A stretch of 64,000 bases of DNA from Vermamoeba vermiformis (Eukaryota). Position 1 is the first letter of the stretch. Each line of letters begins with the position of its first letter. The notes beneath the pieces are model-generated. The model was not told the DNA's origin, ran no database searches, and saw only the letters and a list, made by a program, of their open reading frames with translations. Below, one piece after another: positions 53,387 through 64,000 of this stretch. Location: contig JBEWZL010000003.1 of assembly GCA_045837725.1 (NCBI GenBank), positions 186,001 through 250,000 on the forward strand. Direction: 5' to 3'. The position numbers and the translations under genes were made by a program.

Positions 53387-55625
53387 ATGGGTAATAAAGT
53401 ATTAAAGTCGGATAACGAGCCCGCAGAAGGGCCGATCTCACCAGAAGAGCTTGGTAATTTTCATTAAATTAAACCGTAACGCGGAAAATTACTTATATAT
53501 ACATTCACGATAAATTATAGAAAAATTAAATAGAAAACGTCAAGCCATTGTAAATGAAATACTATCGACCGAAAAATCGTATGTCTCGGCGCTCCGCTCT
53601 GTCGTTGCGGTAAGAATAACATAATATTATCAATTAACACGTCATTATTAAATTCGCTTCTTGACGAACGTACCTATTTTGAAAGATCCAAATATTAAAT
53701 AAATAAAATTTAAATTATTTATTCAATCAAATGTGTCATGGTCAAATCATACCATCAAATAACGTGATAGATTCTATTAGTTTGCGCGTTCTTAATTTGA
53801 ATTTAATAGGTTTGGTACATTCCGCTCGATAATGCCGTAAAAAGCGGCAAGCCAATAATCAAGCAAAGCGAATTTACAGCCATATTCAGCATTATACGAA
53901 GTAAGTTCTAAATAACATATTTGCATCTTTGACGGGTTAATAATAACATTAATACCAGATATTTTGGATCTGCATGAAATTTTACTCGCTGAAATTCAAG
54001 AGCGAGTTTCACAATGGACCAATAAACAATTAATAGGCGACATATTTGTTAAGCACGTAAGAAATTAATTTTATTATGGTAACAGAAGCGATACCATTAG
54101 AGCTAATTTTGACGTGTTAGGCCGAAGCGTTGAAGTTGTACACAGAGTACGTCAATAATTATAACAACGCATTAGAAACAGTAGGTCATTGCCAACAAAA
54201 AGAATCCGTGAGGAAATTCTTCGAAGTAAGTTAAATTACGCAAATTATTCCTGGAGGTATTGATAATAACCGATGCTTTTTTGACTTTGCACAGGAAGGA
54301 ACAGAAAGTAACTTGAACGATCAAAAGTTGGATTTAATGTCATATTTAATCATGCCTATTCAACGTATACCTCGGTATCAACTTCTACTTCAAGTACGTA
54401 CAACGAACTAATTCATGTCTCATCATTTGACACGTGTCAAAGTCCTATTTGCTCATCAAGTCTATGTATTATAGGACCTATTAAAATCTACACGAAGGAA
54501 GCACAAAGATTACAGAAACTTGGCGCTGGCACTCGATGAAATCATCAACGCGGCCACGTACATTAACGAACAAAAACGTGTCTATGAAGAGACTTCTAAA
54601 CTTGTTTCAGTGCAGCAAATGTTAAACGATGACTATGTAAGTGGAATTAAGTCAAAATTAACTGTGCTGACCTCTTTAGGACATTATTGCACCGCACAGA
54701 AGAGTGCTCGGAGATGGCGATTTTAAACCACTAGAGTAAGTTTTAGTTTCTATTTAAGAACGATAATTCTAATGAAATTTCATCAGATCTACTACAGTGA
54801 ACGCTAATTCAGTGCACTGGATCTTATGCAATGACTTGCTAATTCTGACTACAATCGGCAAAAGTTTCTTCTCAAGGCAACTAAGGTAAGGACGCGAATT
54901 ATTTCCCCTGGTCTTAAATTAACCTTAAATAGGTACAACGTGTTGTTAATGGCACCGTTATGCGATACTGTAGCAAATGTAATCCCATCGAGCGGTACGC
55001 GAGGCAATTTTTCGGCGTAATAACTCTAACCGTGCTTCGCTTGCAGAAAATAACGCTATTAAGATACAACATAAGCAATCTGTATTCTATTTTGGATTTG
55101 AAACGCCAGCTTTCATGAATTCTTGGTTGAAACGTAAGAACATGACCGGATCTGCCATATTATTCCGCTTTTTTACTTATACTGTATTATTCTACAGAAT
55201 TTGAGGACGCTAAAAAGATTGCGTACGAAGTTAGACTGCTTACAGAGAAAACATTTCCTAAAAAGGAAAATAGCAACACCGTTACAAGTCCCGAGCCAAA
55301 TAGATCGTCTAGCCCTATTAGACCTAATCAATCAGTATCGATTAGCGATGCTCGTCGTAAACATAGCTCGCCATCAATAAGAAAAGACTCGGCACCTAAA
55401 AAACTTATCGTTGAAGAAGAGATCAAGCCTGCTGCTGAAAAAGAAACGCCTAAAAAGGATAAAAAGAAGGATAAAGAAAAGAAGCAGAAGAATTTCGACG
55501 AATCATTACGCCAGCCATTGTTGAGCGAGAAGAAAAAGAACAAGAAGGAGAAAAAATCGAAAAAGAAATCTAAAAAAGGAAAGAAAGGCGAATCTGAAGA
55601 GAATAAATGTTGCGCGTGCTTTTAA
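53387..55625 (+). CDS. DH-PH RhoGEF with a polybasic, Cys-rich C-terminus
   Basis: EILSTEKSYV, LYTEYVNNY, YLIMPIQRIPRYQLLL; ends KKGKKGESEENKCCACF*. Confidence 0.9.
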
Positions 55626-55804
55626 TAGCGAAAAACCTAAATTATTTTGAGTTTGCCGTCCAGATCTTTACCCGAGATTTTCCTTGTGAGCGAAACACAA
55701 GAGACTTGTGAACTTTTCCAGGGATTCTTTCAATATTACAATTACTTTCAATCAGAATCATAGCTTTATGCCACAGAACAGGCGCACATCGTCCGACAAA
55801 GCAG

Positions 55805-58800
55805 ATGTCTCGCGAACGATTGCCTGTAACCGCCGCGGAACCTGCTCCTGGCCCAGATTTAACTAGCAGTCAAATTCCGCTCACTCAGTCGATATCTGAC
55901 GTCAAAGACGCAGTACGAGTAAGCATAAAATCAATTGAAATTTTTTTCAGAGATCAAGCTTCTGTTCCATCACAAGTTTTTAACTTGGTGTTGCATAATT
56001 ACATTATATCATAAAAGTGCTAAATTTATCCGAATTAACTCGTTTGACGATTATTCAATGTTATTTTTTGAATGGACATCCAAAATGACAACTGAAATTA
56101 ACCAAATATTCAGAAAAAATACAAAGTGTATGTCAATGAACCCAAGGAGGCCGAGGATGAAGCAAAATTGACTTCCAAGCAGAAGCATCACAAACGGTGC
56201 GTCAGATTCGCTCAAAAAGTGAAAATCTTACCGAATGTGAAGCGAAATGCGATTCGAACGGCTCGTTACACTGCTGTTAATTATTTTCCATGGGTAAGAC
56301 ATAATATGCCTTGATATAAATCACTATCCCGCCTTTTTTAATCTTTGATCCGCAGCTTTTTGGATCTATCTATGCGAAATTAATCCTTGTGCTGATGAAA
56401 TTTTGGCCTCAAAATATTAATATATAATATAAAGGTACTAGGAAGGCAATTTAGACGCCCTGCAAATACTTTCTTCTTAGCTGTGACGATTATTTCTTTG
56501 ACCCCAATTTCGCCTATTGATCCGGTTAGTTGGACCGTATTCTTTTTCATAGTCCTTCTAGCGTCTATTATTAAAGAAGGCGTAGAAGATATTGTAAGTA
56601 TTTAAAACCTATTTTTAGCACGAGTACTGATTTTCCATCAGATCCGTCACAAAAATGACAAGCGTGTAAACAACCGGAAAATTTCTGCTTGGCGCAACGG
56701 CGAAGAAATAGTTACACGATGGGCTGATTTAATTACGGGAGATATTATCAAGATTAGGGACGAGGATGAAATCCCAGCGGATCTTGTCATTCTGGCGACT
56801 TCTCAAAAGAACGGTCAATGTTACGTCTCAACGGTCAATTTAGACGGGTACATGCTACACATATTATAATATTACAAGATTATTATGCCTTTGCAAATCG
56901 ATTTTGAATCAACAATCTCGGGATCCAATTTTTCTAACACGAAATTTCCGTTCAGAGAATCAGCGCTGAAGACGCGCCAATCAGTCAAAGTCACGCATTC
57001 ATTAAGCGAAGAGAGTCTCGTTAATGCAAAGATGATTATGGCCGTTGATGATCCGTCGCCTTCGCTAAATTCTTTCAACGGCTACATCCAGGTCCGAGAA
57101 AGCGATCAAGAACCAACTCCGGTCACAATACCTTTAGAGCATAGTAACTTATTATTACGAGTAATATCTGTCATATTATTATCGTCAATAATCATTGATA
57201 TTAAAATAATCTATTTTTAGGGCACTGTTTTGAAGAACTCGGAGTACGCGTACGGCGTCATAATTTACGCGGGAAAATTCACCAAATATGCACTGAACTC
57301 TAAGTGAGTAAATTGACGTCATATATCATCTTGTATTAACGCGTCATAGGCGTAATTCGAGTCGTAGAAGTACTGTCGAACGAAGCTACGATCGATACAT
57401 TGTTGGAAATTTAATTGCACTATTAATAGTAGCATTTGCTTATGGCACTTACGCCGCTATTTTTCAGGTACAAAATATTCTACTTTAATTTAATTCTTTT
57501 TCATTTTGACCGGTTGAAACTTTGCAGCAATTCGATTTGACTGGTCATTGGTACCTGCCTGACCAATCAGATTACGCTGTATTTGGAATTTCCATGTTTT
57601 TTGCATACATCGCTCTATTGGCTGTGTTCGTCCCTCTCGCACTGTACGTCACTTTGGAAATTGTTCGTGCCGGACAGGTCAGTTTTATCAATTTTATTAT
57701 CGCTCGACTCGTTCACTGAAAGTTGCCATTTTAGTACAAAGTATTCGGCAACGAGAAGTACTTGTACGATCCCAAGCGAGATTTCAAGCCAGCTTCTCGA
57801 TCGTTGAATTTACACGAAGACTTGGGTCAGATCAAGTACATTTTTTCAGACAAGACTGGCACATTAACGAAGAACAAAATGATTCTGCAAACAGTAACCG
57901 TCGGCCATGATGTAAGTATACCTCGTGCTATTCATAAAAACTAATATTACGTCAGATCTACTCGAACGATAAAGCACTTCCAAATTTGGAAATGGACGAA
58001 GATTGGAAAAATTTGGCGCCGATTTCAAACAAAACATTTTTATGGAACGACACGTGGTTGATTGGCAGATTGAAAAGTTTGTCGAAATCAAAAGACCCAA
58101 TCGAGAACGATCCGTTGTATTTAATGCTTCTGACATTGACACTTTGCCACTCTGCAAATGTCTTTGATAAGCACGTGGATGAAAATACAGGTATGCAATA
58201 TATTAAAGGTGCCGAGTATAGCATATTTATAACTATCCTATTAATAGGAGTTATTTTCCATACGAGTTCACCCGATGAAAAAGCACTACTCGAAGCTGCC
58301 CAAAATTTCGGTTTTTGTTTCTTGTCACGTGACTTTGACACGATCAAAGTGAACGTGTTTGGGCAAGTTAAGTCATTCACTTTGCTGCACGTGCTCGACT
58401 TCACTGGTGAACGAAAGCGCATGTCCGTGATTGCCAAAGACGAGAACGATCGAATTACATTACTCACCAAAGGTACAGATAATAACCTTCCTAATTTGGA
58501 AATGTTAAAGTAACGATGTTCAATAGGCGCTGATGCTGTCATTTTGCACCGCGCATCCGCTGATCAAGAATTGGTTTCGCCCAAGATTATCGAGGACCAA
58601 GCTACCAAATTAGGAAATGCCTGTTTGCGAACACTCGTGATCGCTTACAAAAACATCAAGCTAGAGCATTATGAGCGGTGGTACAATGAGCATTGGAAGC
58701 CTAGCATTGAAGACTATTTGAACCGTCAAAAAATCATTGACAAAGCCTCGGGTACGTAAAACAACAAGATTTTATTTATTCGTATAATCCGACCCTCGTC

Positions 58801-61033
58801 TTTGCAGAGATTATCGAAACAGATTTGCAGTTGCTCGGTGTGACAGGTGTCGAAGATGAACTTCAAGACAATGTCCCCGAGACCATCTCACGGTTATTAC
58901 ACGCTGGTATCAAAATATGGGTAGTAGTACGTACTTCAATATGCTTTCACATAGCTATTTATAATTTACTCACTGATTGTTAGACTGGTGATAAGCGCGA
59001 GACAGCGTTCAACATTGCAAGTGCGTGTAATTTGGTTCATGACTCGAGCACTGTTTTTCTTCAAGTCCGTTCAGAATCTGATAAAGGCAACATCTCCTCG
59101 GCCATGAAACAAATTCAAGACTTGAAGCCCGATTCTTCTGAATACGAGTAAGTGACACGTGTCAAAAGTTGACACTTGATGTCAACACTAAAATATTCAA
59201 GCAATTAGTTAATAATCTTGATTCATTAGTCCCTGATGTTATATTAATGCTTATATATATTTTAGTGAAGAAGATGCTCAAGATCATGAATCGTGGCTCA
59301 AAAATGTCGAAGGTGTCAAACGAGTCGGCTTAGTGCTGGATGGCGAGACATTAGAGTACTGCACTGAACACTACTGGGACGAGATTATGCCACTATTGAC
59401 GCGTTGTGACTCGGTGATTGTTTGCCGCGCCAGTCCCTTGCAAAAAGAAAAAGTGGTCAATAATGTCAAACGATATCATAAGACAGCTGTCACTCTTGCG
59501 ATAGGTAAGGCAGACGTTATCGTAATACAAATACAAATACAAACTGCGAAATTTCCTTAGGTGACGGAGGCAATGACGTGTCAATGCTTCACGCGGCCGA
59601 TGTTGGCGTGGGTCTGCCGGGCGAAGAAGGATCACAAGCGTTAAGTAAGTTATTGTTTGGTAGTGCCTTTGACGGCCTTACTAATGTACGCATAGTGGCT
59701 GCTGATTTCCAAATCGGGCAATTCGAAATTTTGGATGATTTGTTGCTGGTGAAAGGCAGATATTTTTATCGACAGATCAGCATCTTCATGTTTTATTTCT
59801 GCTACAAGGTACCTCATATATACATATATATGTACGTTATATTAATACAATCCCTATAGAGCTTGTTTGAAATTATCTGTCGATTTTTGTACGTTCCGTT
59901 TGCAGCATGGTCTGGCACGAATTTCATGAACGACTTGATGGACACCTTTTATCAAGTTTGTAAGTACCTCTTTCCATATTAGGCAATACTAATGTACACG
60001 ACTGACTTAGTGTTCACCTCTGTGCCAATTATCTTCGTGGGTATTTTCGAAGAGGACATATCCCGTGATTGGCTGTTGAAATACCCGCAATTGTACCGCG
60101 AATGCATTGCCAAGAAATTTTTCAACTTCCGCGTGTACACGTTTTGGATCGCCATCGCACTCTACCAGGGCGCATTCTGCTGGGGAATTTCAACGTGGAT
60201 GTTCAACGAATCAGCGAGCAGTGACGCGAAGTACCCTGGTCTCATGGGCGAGAGCATCATCAACGTCTCGTACATTGTCGTGATTGCTAATTTGCAGTTG
60301 GCCCGCATCATCAAGTAAGTGTTCATGACCGACTTTTGACGCCTAAAACTATCCTACAAATTTGATTTAAAGACTCGCAATTAGTTTTTCGTATTATTAG
60401 TGCCCTTGTTAGTAAGTAGTGACCCGAGTACGAGGTAGCTACGCTTCTCGGGCACGACCACACTAACAAGAATGCACCGCTTCCCGTCCGATCAGCGAAG
60501 TTAAGCTTGTTCAGGCCTTCTTAGTACTGGGGTAGGAGACTACCTGGGAATCGGAGGTGTTGTGCTCTTCTATTTTTTGCTTTTGCGCCGGTCCCTACGT
60601 TCATTTCTTTCTTTTGTCGTGTTGTTGCAAGATCTAGATCAAATTGTCATGTGTCCCATTGCTAACTGCCGATATCATTTTCAGACGATGGGTGTATCCT
60701 ATACACCTCAGTATCTTCGGTTCAATAGTGCTCTACATTCTCATCGTGATTATCCTGTCGTTAGTCGAAGGAACGGATCTGTTTCAAATGGGAGAGTGGA
60801 TGTTCCAAGAACCGAGCTTCTACTTCGGTCTCGTGTTGACAATTGTGGTCTGCTTGTTGCCTGAGCTATTAGTCTCGTATATTAAGCGCACTTATTACCC
60901 GGAGTTAAGCGACATAATCGAAGAAAAAGACGTGTTGAACAGACATCAAAGTGGCTTAGACGAAAAATTTACTGAAGGTTGGATCGAGCTTGCAAGACGA
61001 TCTCGCGCAATAACAAAGCTAGATAAAGTGTAA
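55805..61033 (+). CDS. P4-type phospholipid-transporting ATPase (flippase)
   Basis: [42 protein letters not shown]-terminal TM helices. Confidence 0.95.
60404..60439 (+). repeat. 36-nt conserved 5S upstream block, identical to the 7354-7389 reverse complement
   Basis: Direct sequence comparison. Confidence 0.9.
60450..60568 (+). rRNA. 5S rRNA: 5S rRNA gene, copy 2, inside intron 60315-60684 of the P4-ATPase gene
   Basis: Identical to the reverse complement of 7225-7343; T-runs downstream. Confidence 0.96.
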
Positions 61034-61231
61034 ATAGTTGTACTAGTAGAAGTAAAATAACATCATTCGAAGACCGAACCTGGATCAAAATTTCTCTTTT
61101 GACACGATTTTAAAAATGCTTCTTTACTATCAAAAAGTGTATTTATATGGAAATGTTACTAATCGGTGTTAGTACAAGATATGAAATGACGCCAAAGCGA
61201 AAAGTTTTGTCTGTTAGTAGGATCGGAGAGA

Positions 61232-61262
61232 TCCGATTTGTTTAGAAGCATTCGCTAAGTAT
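61232..61262 (+). repeat. 31-bp dispersed repeat, copy 2
   Basis: Identical to the reverse complement of 41881-41911. Confidence 0.85.
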
Positions 61263-61316
61263 TTAGCCAATCCTTAACTACCATATTAACCATAATAAGC
61301 GCAATAGATGACCTAT

Positions 61317-64000
61317 TTAACTGAACGGCTTTGATTGCATTGAATGAGCTTGAAGCTGGCTCAAGATCTGTTGTTGCTGCAACAATGGTAGTTGCGTAAA
61401 GCCTAGAAAAGACTCAATTAGCCGCTGTATAATAACACTTATAATTAACTCGTCTTCTTTTTCAAAGGGTAGGTACCTGGAATATTAACAGCCATTTGGA
61501 TGAGTTGCGGTGATGGCATTTGAGGGGTGTTGTTGCCCCGCTTGAACGGATTGTCAATCACGCTCTCACCATTGCTTTTAACAAGATTAGACACTTCACG
61601 TTGGAAACATTATAAAATTATCACTTACACGGTGCTGAAGCCAGGAGGAGCATTGACCGCAACGTGAGGCATTGCAGTGTAACGAGGGGACCTATAAAAA
61701 GTTGTTAGTAAAAGCCGTTAAATAGTTAAATATAACACTAGACTTACTTCTTATCCGCGGGCTCGGAGGACCAGATCGAGTTAAAGACCGACGGCACATT
61801 GTTGCTGTTATTGTTCGGAGCAGGACTAACGCCATATGAGGGTTGAACAGGTGCGTTCAATGGATTGCCCTTCGTGGCTGCACCGCCAAACGGGTTATTG
61901 TAATCAGTACTCGAGCCGAAGAATCCACCGAACGGCTGAGGCGTAGGAGCTCCCATACTTTGAGATCCTTGGCTGCTGAAACTACTCGGGGTCGGTGCAC
62001 CCATCTATTTAAATAGACGTTAGACCAGTTTGTTTTCGTCGCACGTATTCTTATTTGACTTACTTGATTGCCATAGTTGCCGAATGGCGTGTACATTTGA
62101 CCGCCCATGACCTGCGTGGATAAAGGTGCGCCATTGGGCATTCCGTTGCTATTGAACGGCTGTTGTTGCTGTGGCTGAGCTTGAGAAGCGAACATGTCCC
62201 AGCCAGTAGGTCCTCTATTAACACTCGTATTATTGGCAACTGTCACTAAGGGAGGCATATTGTTCGGTTGAGAACCAGGGCTGGATCTGATCTCGGAACC
62301 AATGGGCTCAGGACGAGCTTTAGAAGGCGATGCCACGTCAGTTTTGACGTTGTTGCTCGAGCTAGGCTTGAAAAGAATGACTTCTTCGTCCTCTTGATCC
62401 ATTTGCGGTACTGGCTCCATAGACAAGTTGCTCGCGTCAATGTGCAGCATGCTGTTGTTGTTGGACGAGCCAAACGGGAAGTTGCCGTTAGCGAGCATGG
62501 GCGAGTTCAAAAACTGTACACCGCTCTTGGGCAGTGATGAGATAGGCGTGCTTTGAATCTCCTCGGCATCCATGAGTGGTTGATTCGCTTTGAGTTGACT
62601 CAACTTGTTCACAGCTTGGTCTACTGGCAATGAAACAGCATTAGAAACGCAACAGGACTAACTTTTGAATCAGACTTACCTTGAGTATTGATTTGATCGT
62701 CATCCACGGACCTCAATGAGAACTTTCCGAGAGCAGTATTGTAGTACACGATCTTCTCGTCCTATTTAAAATGTTAATAAGACTAGGCAAGTCGCGTAAC
62801 GTAAGGGACAGGACTTACAGTATCGGGTACTTGATAGTTAGCGAGAATCAGACCGAATGCTTTGATTTTAGTCATGCGCTTCAAGATGCCAAGTACGCGG
62901 TCGTCAATGTTCATCGGGTTATTGTCCAACATGGCCGCGGCTTGGAAGTCCACCAATTGGAACGACTCTTTGAGAGGCAGAAAACCTTGAAGCTCGAGCT
63001 CTTCGACTAGAGGTCGCTTCATGCTGGCACTAATGTCTTCAGCCATGTTGTTCGCAAGAATTCCGAGAATGTAATTCAAGAACGAAGCTGTTGTCTCGCG
63101 CAATGCCATCCATTTAGCCTATTGATAGATTCGTTAGCACGTGATCATTTGAAATAATTATGATTCAATTACCTCGGAGAACTCTGACTTTTTGAGGTAT
63201 AAGCAGTTGTATTTCATCCAATCGCTGAAGATGGACAACGGCTTCAACAATTTGGGCAGCTTTTGGTTAGCTTTAGTGATAACACGCATCGCAATCAAGT
63301 ACGTCTCCAAAGCCAAGGACAACGAGTACTTTTGAAGCTCAGTGCGCTGACCAATCTCAATGTAGCTCGGTGTGATACCGTCGGGCACAACATTGATGTT
63401 GTTGAACGTGAAGATATTGATCACGAAGATCTTCAACAGGACTTGTTCGTTGATGAGGTCCTTTCTTAACAACTGTTCATATTCGGATAAAGCCTTAGTT
63501 TCTAATTCAGGCCATGACTCCAAACTACAAAGACTCATTAGATCCAATTCAACTGACAGCAATACTTAGTTACTACGTACTTATTCTTCGTGAACAGAAT
63601 ACCGTGAAGTCGAACAAACTTGGATAAGAATGAACGAACCTCAGGCGCGATGTCAGCGTCTTCGATAAATTCTTTTTGTAACTTTCCACCACGACCACTA
63701 TACACGATAAAGGTTAGCTCTAGCGCTATAATATACTACTGCTATTAACGTACGATGATTGGGAAGAGGACTGTGAGCCTTCTACTTTAGCCTTATTCTT
63801 TTCGAGTAACACGTTAATGTTGTCACGTGCTGTCAAGAACGGATGCGTAACAGCCAAGCTGCGGAAGTAGTGATAAACAGCGTTGAAATCATCGTCGCAG
63901 TACGTGTTCAATACGGCGAGTTGATTGTGAGGATTACCCCACGACGGCATCAACTTCAACGCTCGTTTGTAGTAATTGGCGGAGGCCATCCAATCACGTG
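61317..64000 (-). CDS. SMG7: SMG7/EST1-family NMD factor (5' truncated by window)
   Basis: YYKRALKLMPSWGNPHNQLAVL..AVYHYFRSLAVTHPFLTARDN and LVEELELQGFLPL; low-complexity C-terminus with no visible PIN domain. Confidence 0.8.

Overview
Gene-dense, intron-rich eukaryotic nuclear DNA. It is most consistent with an amoebozoan protist because it carries an SHK-type TKL kinase with an SH2 domain; the species is not identified. I assembled about 25 spliced genes by hand from GT-AG introns. Housekeeping genes include BolA2, QTRT1, NDUFS7, IMPase, an AFG2/CDC48-type AAA ATPase, threonine aldolase, an SDR, a RhoGEF, a P4-ATPase and a partial SMG7/EST1-like gene. Accessory families include F-box and LRR genes, a Cys-rich surface protein family with pseudogenes, and a tandem pair of 4-TM genes. 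The most notable observation is that all three recognisable Pol III genes (two identical 5S rRNA genes and one tRNA-Arg) sit inside introns of protein-coding genes, in the host sense orientation. Both 5S copies share an identical 36-nt upstream block that is an imperfect inverted copy of the 5S 5' end. Other observations are a ~2.9 kb CpG-depleted NTPase pseudogene island, an unidentified GC-rich structured element (21224-21460), a 31-bp dispersed repeat, and a recurrent intronic palindrome TGACACGTGTCA. Exon boundaries and family assignments are by eye, without database searches.
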